Shown here: one piece after another, positions 43,084-57,000 of the stretch | Position numbering within the stretch: the first letter of the stretch is position 1 | Layout of the letters: the number at the start of each line of letters is the position of its first letter | DNA from: Yuukianura sp. NJ FZ-2021 | Lineage: Eukaryota | DNA length: 64,000 nucleotides | Assembly: GCA_046563655.1 (NCBI GenBank) | Contig: CM102283.1 | Location: forward strand, 6,262,001-6,326,000 | Direction of reading: 5' to 3' | The notes under the pieces: generated by a model | What the model was told of the DNA's origin: nothing | What the model saw: only the letters and a program-made list of their open reading frames with translations | The model's database searches: none | Position numbers and translations under genes: made by a program

Positions 43084-46000
43084 TCTTGCTTTCGCAGTTT
43101 CTGTACTTAGTAGTAACCCAACTGATTACGTTTTGTAACGATTCTAAAAAAAAAAAAATAAGAAAAGGACATCAGCAACTACTTTAGTAGCAAATGCAGT
43201 ATTTTATAATAACCTGTATAAGAAGAAGAGTCAGTCGGCGTGAATGAACAATCTTTAAAAAATTGAATTTAAGTTTTCTGCTAGCCAGACGTCACTGGCT
43301 ATTCAGCAGCAGAAGTAACCCAACAATATCAACACCGGTGGTATGCGAATACTAGTTTGACATACTACTGCTGTTTTTTTCCTTCAGACAGCGAATCCAC
43401 GAAAACCGGCTGATAGGCTGACGTGTCAAACTGTAATTGGGCGGTTTTAAAATTTAAAGAAGCTGTCTGTCAACTTCGAAAAAAAACTATAGGTGTTTTT
43501 TCAAAGTCTATAAAATTGAAAAAAAAAACAATGCTGTAAAATCTTGCTTATCACGTGGTATGCACCGTTATGTTATGAATTTTTTGAATTCCGAAATTCC
43601 CGGGTACATAAAATCCATCTGCGGGGAGGCTGGCTGCGTATTCCGTTTTTCGAACTAAACTAGGCTTTTTTTGTCATAAGGGCTCCCGCTTCCACCCAAC
43701 AGTGGGAAGGAGGAGCCAGAAACCTCCACCCATATCTTCCAATCCCCTTTCGTCACGTCCAGTGATTCATTCCGATGTTGCCAATTCCTCTCCGCCGTTT
43801 TGATTCCATAACTTTAATGCCGTGTTATCTCTTAACACATAAAACGAAAAAACACCCCAATGTAAAATGCTGTTATGGTTTTATTTTTATATTTTTTCTT
43901 ATAACACCGAATTTTCACCGACGGATTTTTCTCGGTCAAGCAAAACCATCAGCTTAAATCAGATCCTGAACTGGGTTGCACTGGATTTTTATACCAGAAT
44001 GAAACATAAAACTCATAGTCCGGAAAAATTAATTTTCAATTGTATTAGGCTATAACTTTATTGTCTAATTAATTTATAACGTTCACACAGATTTGATGTG
44101 AGTCTGCACAACTGGCAACATGGGCGCGTTTTCTTGTGTGGTATGGCCAATTAAAGAAAGGGACCTGAAACAATATACCTCCGCGTACTATAGGTATTCC
44201 TTGGGACGTGTAGGTTGAGGTAAGCGGTTTACTACGTTGGTACATTAGGTTAGCCACAGTTTCCATACAAACTCCCCCCAAGGGAAGCGCAAAAAGACGA
44301 CGCGTCGCGTCGACGAGGCACTAGGCGAATTGAGTTCTGGTATTTTTAGGACAAGGAGAAAGAAAGGGCGAGGAGCAGCAGAGAAGGCAACATCGACAGG
44401 AAAGTGCAGAGGCGAAGAGAGCAAAGGAAGAGCTTTTAGCAGAATACAGAGGAACCATCTTTGTTTTTGATGAGGGTGGACAGCATGTCCTGATTTCCAC
44501 AATTTCCTTCATCAAATCAATTAAATTGCAGTATAAATCGTATAAAGTAAATAGGAATCATATTCGATTTCAAATCGTTAGGCAATCGTTGGAACATAAA
44601 CATAAATTGTCGAAAAAACAGTATAAATCCGTCGAGTACTGGCACATTTGGGTCAAGAGGGCGTGGCAAAGGTTTGGTAAGTCCGTTGGATTAATTCCAT
44701 TTATATTTAACGTTAAGTTACTCTAGTAACGGTAGGTAGGTTACTAATTGTTTTATTTACAGCTCTGCAATTATCGCTACCTTGTTCTTTGGGTTTACAG
44801 AGAGTTGGATGTGTTCGGAGATCCAGTCAACTGGATACCATACCTGACTGCCACTGTCATCGCGAATTTAACGTTAGCAAGGGCTCCTTTAGGGCAATTG
44901 GTATCATCAACCGGGGAAATCGTCGCCCTCATTGATGCAATCGGGAAGCAGTTGATGTGGAAGAGTCCGATTGGTCCTTTTCACCTTTGAAAAGTACAAC
45001 TTTGTTTCATTCCGTTCCTTTTTCAATTAAAAATTAAAAAGTGAGTCAGTCTTCTGTGGGCAGGAATCCAAGTCAGCGTTAGTATTTTAAAAGTATGAGT
45101 GGAACTCCAGCTAGGTAAACCATAAATAGGTATAAAAGGCAGGACGGAAAGAACGTCGTATGCAGCATACTATTTCGTCACCCGATTCTGGATCATTCGC
45201 CAAATATCAAATCAAACCAACGACGTCGACGCGACGACACGGAGTATCTCTGTGACAAGCCACAGATTACTCCATAAACAAGATGGCGGCCGTTCAATCA
45301 GAAGATTCAAGTACATTGGAATCACTGCGTATACGACATCACACTTTCTGGCTCTGTCGTTATCCATGTACAACCGTGATCGGTTTACGTCGTCTGTCAT
45401 CCGCCGTCACGTTTGGTGTGTATCCCACCATGGACACATTCTACGTCATCGGGCCATCTCGCTCCCTTCTGAAAAGCAAAGAGTGAAAGGCACAGCATAG
45501 ATTTTTGCCGTTGAAGTCCCCTTACTCTCCCCTTCCTAAACTACTGCTGGTTTTTTCTACCGGAAGGCTTCTGTCTGCATTCGGATATGAGATGACAGAA
45601 GCGTTCATTCGCTATCTTGTGTAGCTTAATGTTAAGTTTCAACGTTAAGAGTTAGGATTAACATAAGTATGTTTTGTCATTTGTCATTTTTAAAGCACAG
45701 AGTTTCGGGTTACATCAACTGACCCCGATTGGGATTCCCCATTTAAGCGCTTTACCTTACGTCGCACACAGATCCACATGAATTCAACGAGCAGTTAATC
45801 CGCCTAGGGTAGCCCTATGTCAAGCGTTTAGGATGAGATACTCACTAATGAACTTGGTTTAAGGAGGAGGGGTGAACGCTGCTAGTATGTGTCCCAGCGC
45901 CAGGTCAATTCGTAGTGTTGGATAGGATCATTGTCCGTAGTCGGGTTTACTTTTTAATGTCTTTTACACAACTAATGAATTTGGGGGTGTTAGGTCACTT

Positions 46001-46271
46001 ATTGTCCTTGGCAGTGGCAGGGTTTTGATTGTGTTTAGTTTTAGTTATCTAAATTTTAGTTTTTACCATCTTTTATTTTATTTAAGGTTAATTTATTACA
46101 AAATTCTTTTCATTTCATGTTTTAGATTCCATTGGGATAAGGACAGACGCTACTTTTGGAATTGGAGGAACCCCCCATACTCGGAGGGACATAGGTTGAC
46201 CCCTAGACGCTGGCTGGATAATCGTATTTTGAAACGAATTACCCTGGAGCACATCTAACATTACTTAAAAG

Positions 46272-49200
46272 ATGGTAAGCATACTACAAATACATTTTGA
46301 AAGCTAAATGTTTTTATTTTTAATTATTTTCAGCAGGAATTCTACAATGGTACTAAAACAGAGTTTCACAACTTTCACCGTTTCACCCCCACTCACGAAA
46401 AGTTTTTGTGAAGCGTCGTCTGGTAGCGTCCTCTTCCTTAGGTCCAACTTAAATCCTTGCTCATGCATATTTTGGAGTTACCACAATAAGGCTTTTACAA
46501 AGTTATGCTTATTACTGTGAAGTGGAGGGTTAACAAATAATAACTTTAAAGTCAAATGACCTCTATGTCCTGTGCCAACTGGTTTTAAATCATGTCACGT
46601 TTCCTTTGAAGAAAGAGAAACATGACGGTTATGAAATGGGATTTATAATAAGAATTACATTAAACCTGGGCGATACGCTAGGGCTTACCTTTAACCTTTG
46701 ACCTGACGCCTAAAACCAGACAAAGCTGATATTCGTTCCCCAAAGTCCATCTGCTTAAATGTTGGACCACTTTAATCACAAAAATCAGTGCACATTTTGA
46801 GACGAAGTAGATTTTTAAAATTTTTTACTATTTACAGCCTCCAATTGATCCTGAGCGGTTACTTCGAACATTGTCTCCACTTCTGGACACGCAGTCCGGT
46901 GCTATCAAATCGGCTAACGAAGTGGACAAACTATATGGATTGATGTCAAAGTTCTCCAAGAAGCTGGTCAGCAAAATCATTTACATCAATATCCTCAAGT
47001 CTACACCCACGGATGTGCTTGACCTGTAAGATTCTAACCAAAAAATTAAAAAAATCCAGTATTTGAAATTTCGATTTACATTTTCTGTCTAATTTTTCAG
47101 GTTTATGCAAAGAGGAGGATGGGAGATGATTTGCAACTGGGCTACGGAGGGATTGAATTACAAAAACTGGCCATTTCTAAAAGTAGTAACAGAACTTCTG
47201 ATGCTGACACCAGCTACTGTGGCGCGTCTCAAGGACAATGGCCTTCCCAAAATCATCAAGTCATTGGCAAAGGAATGCGAAAATGAAGGTACGTGTTTTT
47301 AATACTGTGAAACAACTAAAATTCTAAAACTAACATTCCAGAAACCATAAACCTCAAAAGTTAAATTTTTCGAATTTTATTTAGAAATGAGAGCAGTAGC
47401 GTCTCAAGTTTACGACAAATGGATGGGCATAGCACAACATAGAGAAACACCGCTTGGTTACGCCGCACCTCAACTGCATGCTATTGCAATCCACAACCAT
47501 TTATCCGACTTCGAAATCCAGAATGCAGTAGTCATCCCAGGAGAAGTAGTAGAAAACCAAGTTATTCTCGAGGCTGATCCAACTTCCGGAGCATTTGACC
47601 TTACGCAGTACATCGATGCTACGGATCTAAACACGCTAGATACGGACTTCAATCCAGATGACTTCAATTCCACCGTGGAGGAACACCTTATGGATGGAAC
47701 TGAAATGGTCGATGGAGAAGCCTTGGTACAACATCAGGATATGATCCAGAACCAGCAAGGAACAGACATGTTGCACCAGATTAGTCCAATCAAGCTTCAG
47801 TCCACGGATCCAAATGATAAGCAGCAGTCACTCCGCGTCGTTACACGAGATGGTAAGAGACTTGTTCTTAGAATGGCCACTCCAGTCCGCAAGAACGACC
47901 TTGAGACAGCTCCCTTGGTTCCTTCAAACGCCAATGATAGTGCTGTCGGAGTTCCTGAGAAGAAGCCCAAGAGTCCAGGAAAACCAAGGATGCCGTCGTC
48001 CGGGAAACCCAAAATGCCTTCTTCTGGGAAACCTCCACTGAAAGCTTATGAAGCCAAGGCGAAGAAAGCTAACACTGCTGAGTCAAGTAAACTAAGCAAA
48101 GGGATTCCAAACTTCTATGCTAAGGACAGCAAAAACAAAGTCCAGGAGGAAGACAAGGACGAGAAGGACAAGGAAAAAGAAAAGGAAAGAAAGCAAAGGT
48201 CAAAGGAGAAGGAATCGGAGAAAAAGAAGCAGCATTCGGTCATGTCCGCTGCCAGAGCAGCGATTGAGGCAAAACGACGAATTGAAGAGGAAAAGCAGGA
48301 GAAACTTAGACTTAAAGTCAAGGAACAGAAACGTGTGAGAGATCAACGGAAGGAGGAAATGGCAAAGAAACAAAAGGAGATTGATGATGAGACGCTGAAA
48401 GCGCTTAAGCTCACTGCTCAACCACCGACTAAAATTCCAAAAATTCCTAAGAAAACTACGTCTTTTGCCGATATGATTGCAATTCCAGGAGCTTCTAATA
48501 GTAAAGAAAAAGAAGCCAAGAAAATCACTACTTCAGCTGTATCAAAACCTTCAAAAGAAACTGAAAAAGAAAAAGCAGAGTCAAAGATAGCTGCTGACAA
48601 AGATGTAAAATCGGAAGATGTCACTTCGGGGTTGCGAAGGTCAAGGCCAAAAGTCTATGTAAGTGGAAAGAGCCGGTCACTTGGACTTCTGGAAGAAATG
48701 GAACAGTCACAAAACAAAGGAAAAGTCAAGACAGAACCGAAAGTTGAAGAAGTCGACAAAGATAAAGAGGCTTCGGTAGCTGAAAAGAAGGTGACCAAGC
48801 GACCATCGCTGGATACTGTTGAAAGTCCAGCGAAGAAAGTCAAGAAGGAACCAGTAGCTAAGAAGGTTGTTGGAATTCAAGAAAGTTCTTTGTTTATGGA
48901 CGCTTTGAATCATGCCAGTACTACGACTAGAACAACCAGAAGCAGTAAGAGGAGAGCGTCGACGTCAGAATCTGCCAAGGAAACTCCCACTACTCCCCCT
49001 GTTACGACTCCTCTCAAGAGTCCAGTCGCTGAAGACGTTAAACCAGTCGTTTTCAACTTCTACCGTGACACTCTTGTCGATAACGATGAAAACAAACCAA
49101 GTCAAGAATCGGAAGAAAAGAAAGAACCGACTGGCACTGAAGATCGTGAAGACGATGACATTAACATTCCTATTGATGCTTTTGTACCTGCCGAGGGAGA

Positions 49201-51172
49201 GGGGCTACTCAAGTCAGCTCTGGTCATTCATCGACCGAAGAACAAACCAAAGAAGTCTGTCCGATGGGTGGAAGACTCTGAACTGAAGAGGTTTCACTAT
49301 TTCGATATGGATGAAACGGAACGAGTCAATGTTACTAGAATTCCTAGAAATTTCACTGAAATGAAACAAATTGAACGTTCAGAGGAGAGGAAAGCACTGA
49401 GAAGGAGTTTACAGAAAGACAACATGGAGGAAAAGATACCATGGACTACACCGAGAAAAATTGAATTCATCACGGAGCAACTGGGACGAGGAGAGTTTAG
49501 TACTGAAAAGGTGGTACAGGCTGAAAGAGAAAGGCTTATTCTGGAAGTCGTTTATTTTACGAAATCCCAAATTCCGGATTCACCTACGGAACCGACAGAA
49601 GGAATGATCAAAAATCAGGACGATCCAGCAACTCTCAAGTAATTATACACTTAAGTTTTTTCAATTTACATAGAGTTTTGGATGATAAAGTAATTGATTA
49701 TGATGATTTTACAGAATGATCCCGTATGAGGATATTCCTGGAGTCACGGTACAGGAAAACTATGTGTTCAAGTCACCAAACGGAGCCGATTCGAAAATGA
49801 ACGTAGGACGTCCGAATTCCTTTGGACAGCCATTGGTCCAAACACCTCCTCCTGGTTTCAATGCCAACTACCTTCCGAACCAAAACCAACAGCAAATGCC
49901 TCCTACCGACGTGGCAGCTCAGATGCAAGCACAAGCCCAGTATAATAATCTCTGGAACACTCTAAGTCAAGTGCCGAATGCTGCTGCGGCAGTTGCAGCA
50001 GCCGGCTTAGCTGCTGCTGCTCTACCAGGCACTGATATGTATAACGTAAGTATTTTAAAAATACTGGAAATACTTGAAATCCTGGAAATGCTTAACTTTT
50101 CAATGACAAAATTCTTATTTACCGGATGTGGATTGTTTTTACAGCAATTTCAAGTGGCTCAAGGATTGGCAGCGGCGGCTCTCGGGACACGAGGAATGCC
50201 AAACTTTCCTTTGAATATACCTTTCTCCTTCCCACCTCCTTCTACAGGAGCTGCTGGTTACGGAACAAATCTTCCAGGCATGCTACAAAATCCACCTCCA
50301 GCCAATCACGTTCCACCCCCAGATCAATTCGGGGGGCAGATGAATGCTAACAGTAGATTCAATGGACCCCCTCCTACTAATAACCGTGGTGGCATGGGAG
50401 CACGGGACAACAGAAGTGGTCGTCCGAATCGGTGGGACGATCGGGGGAACTATGATGAGCGGAGGCGAGACGGTGATCGGAATGCTAGAAACAATGACCG
50501 AGATAGGGACAGAGGTCGCGGCGGTGCACCGCGCGGAGATCGCGGCGGTGGTAGAGACAGAGAATTCCACAGGACTGAACGCAACAGAGCAGGTGGGTGA
50601 GAGAATATCTTTGTTGTGGTAAATACTTTAATTATTATTTAATTAAATTAAGTTATTATTTCAATTTTAATGTAATACTGAAAGATTAATTGTGTTTACG
50701 CTATAGGCACTCCTCGGACCGTGCTTTGCAAGTTCTTCCAGCAGGGTTGCTGTAAAGTCGGAGAAGACTGTGATTTTCTTCATCCAGGTAAATTGCTCTT
50801 TAAGTTACAGCAGTCTAGGAGATAAGTTTTACCGTCGTTTAAATAATTTAACTAATCAATTAACTTCATTTAGGTATAAACGGACCAACACGTCCTTCGC
50901 GTTTCAGCAATCGGTTTCCATCCCCTCCCCCTTCTAGTACACAGCCCAGAAGTGCTGGTCGGCTTGAGTCTCCTGTCAAGACGGAAGGTGATACACGGAC
51001 TCCGGACGATGATAACTGGGATGCTCCGGAAACTAATAATGTCGTCTCGGATGCCGCTAGAAGGGATTCCAGCACTTCATTCGATCAACCCCCAAGTTCA
51101 CCAACGGATGACCCGCTTACCACACCACACCCTCCACGCATGATACCCTTAGATGAGTCACAGTCAACGTAG
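46272..51172 (+). CDS. PPP1R10: PP1 regulatory subunit 10 (PNUTS), multi-exon; first coding exon contributes only ATG (46272-46274)
   Basis: M|PPIDPERLLRTLSPLL N-terminus; TFIIS-N-like region (SKKLVSKIIYINIL); PP1-binding KKSVRW followed by YFDMDETERVNV; RGG-rich region; CCCH finger CKFFQQGCCKVGEDCDFLH (50707-50787). Confidence 0.9.
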
Positions 51173-54056
51173 CCCTTAATTTGAAATTAGGAATTTGTTC
51201 TTGGGGAGAGTCACCCCTTAAAACTTAGAGTAAAGTTAGGGTAAATTGTTAGTGTATTTGTATATTTTATGGAGAAATCCGATTTGTTACTCTTATAATT
51301 TTCTGTAAATTCGTAAAGGAATAAGCGATTTGGTTGGGAATTGATGTAGTAAGTGGTTTGGGGAGGGTAGGTGATGTAATGGGTTCTTTTTACTACTAAA
51401 ATTGTCTGTTAGTAGTTCTGGATACGGGGTAAAGGTATTACACTGAAAGTACAAGTTAACACGCTAAGCACGAAATTTTAACGTTAGTTAATGTTCTACA
51501 TTTTACGCCTGTTTTCTTCGCTTTTAACTCAAGCGTGAAACAGTTAAGAGTTTTAAGTATTTTTATCATTTTACTTGACCTTTACTTAATGTTCGGAAGT
51601 TGAACCAAAATGTTCTACTTGCATAATACAAGTTGCATTACCAATACACCAGCTAACTATTACTATGTTTTTGTTATCATAAGCATGTAAAAAAAATTTT
51701 TACATAAAACTTAAATTTTAAGTGAGTTAAAAATATAGAAACGGCTTCTTCCAAATCATTTTCAGCTGCTGCTGCTGCTCGCTACGCTGGATTGAGAATG
51801 TTTTTGAATCTGGAAAGGAATGTTTTTATTTGATTACGACTGCGAATTTTTCCATCATTTGTGTAGTGTTACAAATCTGCGAAATTGTTTTCTATTGTCT
51901 TGTCCCTGCCGATGATACGACGTGCCTGAATCCACGTAATCTTGATCACTTGTGTTGGGTACTAGATCAGCAATCCACAGAGCGTCCGGGATTGTTTGTT
52001 TAATGTCTAGGTTGAGCATTTCAGAAATAACGTCCGAGTCATTAGCCAAACGCGTTATTGAATAGCGAAAGCTATTTCGTTGTAAGTTTAGCAGTAGCTT
52101 TGCAAGTTGTAACTTTCTCCAGCCAACTTTACTTGGCTGAATTCAGCAGCAGACTTAGTTGGGGTGGTATTCGTTTAGTTATTGTTCTTTTATTCGCAAT
52201 GTCATGTAAAGGCGGTATGCACATTTTGGCAAAGTTTCAGACATAAGCTCACTCCTTACCAACATAACCAGTAACCAGTAACGCTGAATGACAATTCACT
52301 ACAAGTTGTACCGAAGGTGGGTACAACATTAACATTGGGGAAGGACAACAAGTCTCACAGTCACAAGTTGTGCTTGTGAGGAAACCCAGTGAAAGTCATC
52401 TAGACCGCATTCATTCCTCGGATTGGAGTTGGAGACAAAAGTTCTCTCTTCCTGTGCTAAAAATTGGGGTGGTTGTCATCAATCTGCAGTCAGTCCGAAA
52501 GTAACCACACCGCAACCGCGACGTCACAGGTTATTACATAACCGAAGCGAAGGAAGTTATTTTTACTACGACTCCGTTTTTGTTTTATAGCGAATTCGGA
52601 CATTTTCGGAAGGTTGTAAAGAATCAAATTAAGCTAGACAGAGACAAGGCACCCGAAAGCAGAGCGAAACTACCTCTCAGAAACCTTCTAGGTATAACGT
52701 TGAAAGTGAAGGTCGGAAAGGTCATCGTTCAACTCGTGACGAGCCAGTGAAAGACAAGCAGACAGCAGACAAGCGGCTTGTCTGCTTCACTTTCAAGGTC
52801 AAGGTAAACTATATCGACTACTTTTAGTGAAAGGTCATCGGTCATCGTACTTTTACTAATTCCTAATTCCTAATCGTCACAAAGCCAGAAACTTACGGAT
52901 GCAGCATAACTTTGGCCGTGGTTGGGGAAAATTTTAAATTGAGGGAGGGTAGCTCTAGCCAGTATCTACGACGGCTTTTTCCCTGGTGAAAAAAAAGTTC
53001 AGATTTTATTTCAATTTTAATACAAAACGTAATATCCATAACGTTCCAGACGACATAGTCGAGAACTTTGCTCATTCAGCAAGTTAAGTTTGTTTAGGTT
53101 GCATTAAAATAGGAATTTATGAGCCTCAATGTTGATGTTACAAGTTATTAGTGGACGGTAATGTTACTTTTTTCTTATTAATTGTCGGTCCCCTGCGTCA
53201 GCAACTCTCATGAAAAAATTTCTAAAAGTTCACTAAAATTCCAGGGAGCTGGGTTTTGAAACTGGTTTGAATCAGTTTAACTTAACTATGGGTTACTGAA
53301 GCCATAAATCTGAATTACGATGACATTCAACTTCCTCTAGTGTTTTCCCATTAATTCCCAGCCCATTCATTGATCGTGATCCATTCCAATGGCAAGTGGC
53401 ATTCAGTTCCTGCAATGGGAAAATGTAACCTGCTTTGCGTCATGTTTGACATTCGTGAATGTGAATTTCACACCTCACACATTCCGAGGATTCCCGACTA
53501 TTTACTATCACTCCTAAAATTTTTTGATTATTGCGTCATAAGAATTTTCTAGTAACACACGGTTTTTTAGATTGATCACCCTAGGAAACTTAACGAAACA
53601 ATTTGGTCAAGTTTTAACATAACACTTGGCAATCGGTACATGTAAGAGGCAGGCGAAAGTAAAGTAAATTAAATTCTGAAGTTAAGAATACGATTCAAAA
53701 TTTAGACAGTGAGACAAGGAAAACCAAAACTTGAGTTGGATTTTAGCTGGTATTTTGGTGTTAACGGAAGTCTCGAGTCACGGTTTTATATGATTAAGCA
53801 CTTGCTGTCCAACCATACTTACGATTTAGTGACCTTGACCTTGGGTCAATCTTAAGGTAATTTAGTTTTTAAGGGTCAATCGGCCAATGTCAAGTCCATT
53901 GCGTAAATACTGTTCAATGTCTACTCGACTGAAGATTAATACAAACTTTAGTGTCGAAAGGGATTAATCTTAGATCTATTAGTCCCGGGCGTGGAACTTT
54001 AATTTTACTTCGTTTGTCTCGATTTCAGAAGTACATTTTATTCTCCAGTTTCATCG

Positions 54057-57000
54057 ATGAGCCGGAAGTGGGAGTTTCGCGTGAGTTGCCCAACATTTCC
54101 AGGGGAAACGGTGTGCATTTCGGGTGACTGCTCAAGACTTGGCAACTGGAAGCACAATTCCCCATTCGTCCTTCAACGGGACACTTCCCAGTGCGTACTA
54201 TTACTACTAATTGATAGATATTTACAGAATCTACGCTTTTACAACTAAATGTTTATGAATCGTTTGTTCAGGGGCGAGTCCGATGTCTGGACAGCAATAA
54301 CTACTCTTCCACTGAGGAAGATCAACTTCCGCTACTTTGTGTGCATGATCCTGGATAATCCTAATCCTGGAAGCGGTACTGTCTACGTCGTGAGACGTTG
54401 GGAGACTCATCTGGTACCTCGCTGCATCAGGAAAGACGGTCTCTTACTAATGTTTCTGATGTGGAGATCATTGTTTACACTCTTGCGGAGGATATTCCAA
54501 CAACAGATTTATCTTTAGAGCAACAAGATCCTGTCAAAGTCACTGACATCTTTGGAGAGTTCCAAGATGTCCACCGTGTTGAAACCGGTTGGCTCACAGC
54601 GGAAACCGTCATCCAGTTCAAAATCTCTAACGGCCCCATCAACTTCTGGAGGAAGAAGCATAAGAACGCAAACGTACAGAACGCATACACTTACTAATCG
54701 ACTTGCATGTGCTTAATGTAATCAATGTATTTTTGTGGTTTTGGTCGGCATTTGTCTTTGATTACCCACAATTTTAGATTCGATTGAAGCTGGTTTCGAT
54801 GCATCTTTCAAAACAGAACTCTCTTTCGGAGTTCCCGGATCAAAACAGCACCGACTATCAAGTAGGATTCCGAGAGCAACTGTTATTTTGGGTATAGTTT
54901 TTATGTTTACTGTTTACCGAATACCGATTACAGGACTCCGCTTCTGGTGTCCATGATACGAACCCGAACTGGCCAATAATTGAAGTTGCCGCAATCAATG
55001 AAACCGAACACCAGTTCTCTATCCAAGACCAGTTCGGACGACTTTACCGGGAAAACGAAATCCTAGTTTTTCAAGCACAAGTACTTCTTTTGGAGACGGT
55101 GGTATGTTTTTCATTATAAAAGAGAAATCAATTACCATTAATGTTAAGCTTTGGTTTCATTTTGAAACTTTCAGGCATACATGATTGACTTTTACATGGA
55201 TGTTCCAAACGATCCAATCCCACAACACATTGGATTTAGTCACATTTTACCTGGAAATATTCGAGATTCATTTGGAACTATGGTTCAACCGATTAGTAGC
55301 ATGCGTCAGGAGCCTATTGGACAAATATCAAGTAAAACCACAAAGTAGATGTAAAAATTAATGTAGTATTGGGAAGCAATTTGCAAATTGGAATTTACTG
55401 ATTTCAGTTGAGTATGTTGTTATTCGACCGCTGAAAGACTGCCCTTGTGATCTGAGTGTGAGCTTCTGTAAACATTGGAAACACGCCTGGACTGGTCTGG
55501 ACATTGGACATCGAGGTTCCGGAACTTCTCACAACAACAAAGTCAAAAAGTACGAAGAGCTAACAAACTTTTTTAGATTTTAAAAGATTTTAAAACTTGT
55601 GAAAATTACCTTGATTTTTTATTATTTTAATAGCTGCGCTAATGTTCGCGAGAATACGATCGCCTCACTCAAGCAGGCTGCCGACCATGGAGCAGATTTT
55701 GTTGAATTTGATGTCCAGCTTTCGAAGGATTTAGTGCCAGTTTTGTTCCATGACTTCCATGTGAACATTGGGCTTAATCAAAAAGCTAAACAGGGAGGAC
55801 GACTTACTCATCTGAGAATTCCTGTCAAGGACTTAACCCTGGCACAACTCCATGAACTCAAAGTAATTGACATTTTAATTTTAAAAACATTTCAAATCAT
55901 AAACATTTCTTAGTCTCATTGAATATGTTTCCAACATTTCTCTATGGGTGGGAAAACACTAATCAAATCTGAAGATCATACTTGAGGATGGATGTGTTTC
56001 CCATTGTCAGGTCAAACAATTCTAAATCATTCCAACCTTCATTTTCATTCCTATTAACGAACTCTCACTCGTACTGATTTCAGTGGATTTAAAACTGACA
56101 GTTTTATTTTTACAAAAAGCTAGTTCTAGTCCTTTGAGTTGCTGTTTGAGATTTTTGTGTTTAAAGTTTAGTGCGGTGATTACTAATTCGTATATAAACG
56201 ATGAATTACTAAATTTTTTGTCTCCTACAGATTAGTCATGAAAGTGAAGAAGGACATAATGATGATTGTCTGGAGTCTGACCAACATGAACCATTTCCGA
56301 CGCTACAACTTGCTCTGGAAACTCTTGAAACTCACGTAGGGTTTAACATAGAAATCAAGTGGACGATGCAATTGAAGGTGAGCTGTGAAATTACTTCATG
56401 AACTTTTGCAAAACAGAATTATGCTATAGAGAAATCAAGTAACGATGTAAATTTTCACAGGATGGTAGCTACGAGTTGAACAATCCATTTGAGTTGAATC
56501 TTTTCATCGATATCGTCTTGGAAGTTGTCTTGAAGTACGCTGGAAAGCGACGTGTTGTATTCTCATGCTTTCATCCAGATATTTGTGTCATGTGAGTATA
56601 GAAAATCTATGTGTATTCTCGCTAATTTCAAACATGATTACTTATTTGGTTAAAGTCTGAGCTCATTCGTTCTTTGCGAAACTTGTGACAAAGATTTAAA
56701 AATTACTATGATTTTGTTTCCAAAGGTTAAGTAGAGTTACGGAATAGTCATGTTTGTAAAGTTTTGGCTTATTTGTGCATAGGTTGCGACTGAAGCAGAA
56801 CAAGTATCCAGTGTTGTTCTTAACTCAAGGAATGACTTCGAAGTATCCAGAGTACAATGATCCCCGTACACAAAACACTCCAGTGGCGATTAACTTTGCC
56901 TTACTCGCTGGGATTTTAGGAATCAATATTCACGCGGAAGATGTTCTTAGAGATCCATCTCTTGTCAAAACTGCACTCTCTCATGGTCTAATCACTTTCT

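Noticed and set aside
44760-46000. RNase P/MRP, 7SK or telomerase RNA in the PNUTS leader (ggatgtg at ~44807, gaagtcccc at ~45513)
   Set aside because: Could not find the matching P4 partner, paired GAUC motifs or a CCUAACC template; an Infernal search is needed.
46194-46206. ggttgacccctag identical to the transposon right end
   Set aside because: Only 13 nt with no partner TIR or further similarity; likely chance.
54398-54518. Apparent frameshift between overlapping GPCPD1 ORFs
   Set aside because: A 69-nt GT-AG intron (54439-54507) restores the frame.
55971-56100. U3-like start (aagatcatactt) or a snoRNA in a GPCPD1 intron
   Set aside because: No convincing box A/B/C/D set or terminal stem.
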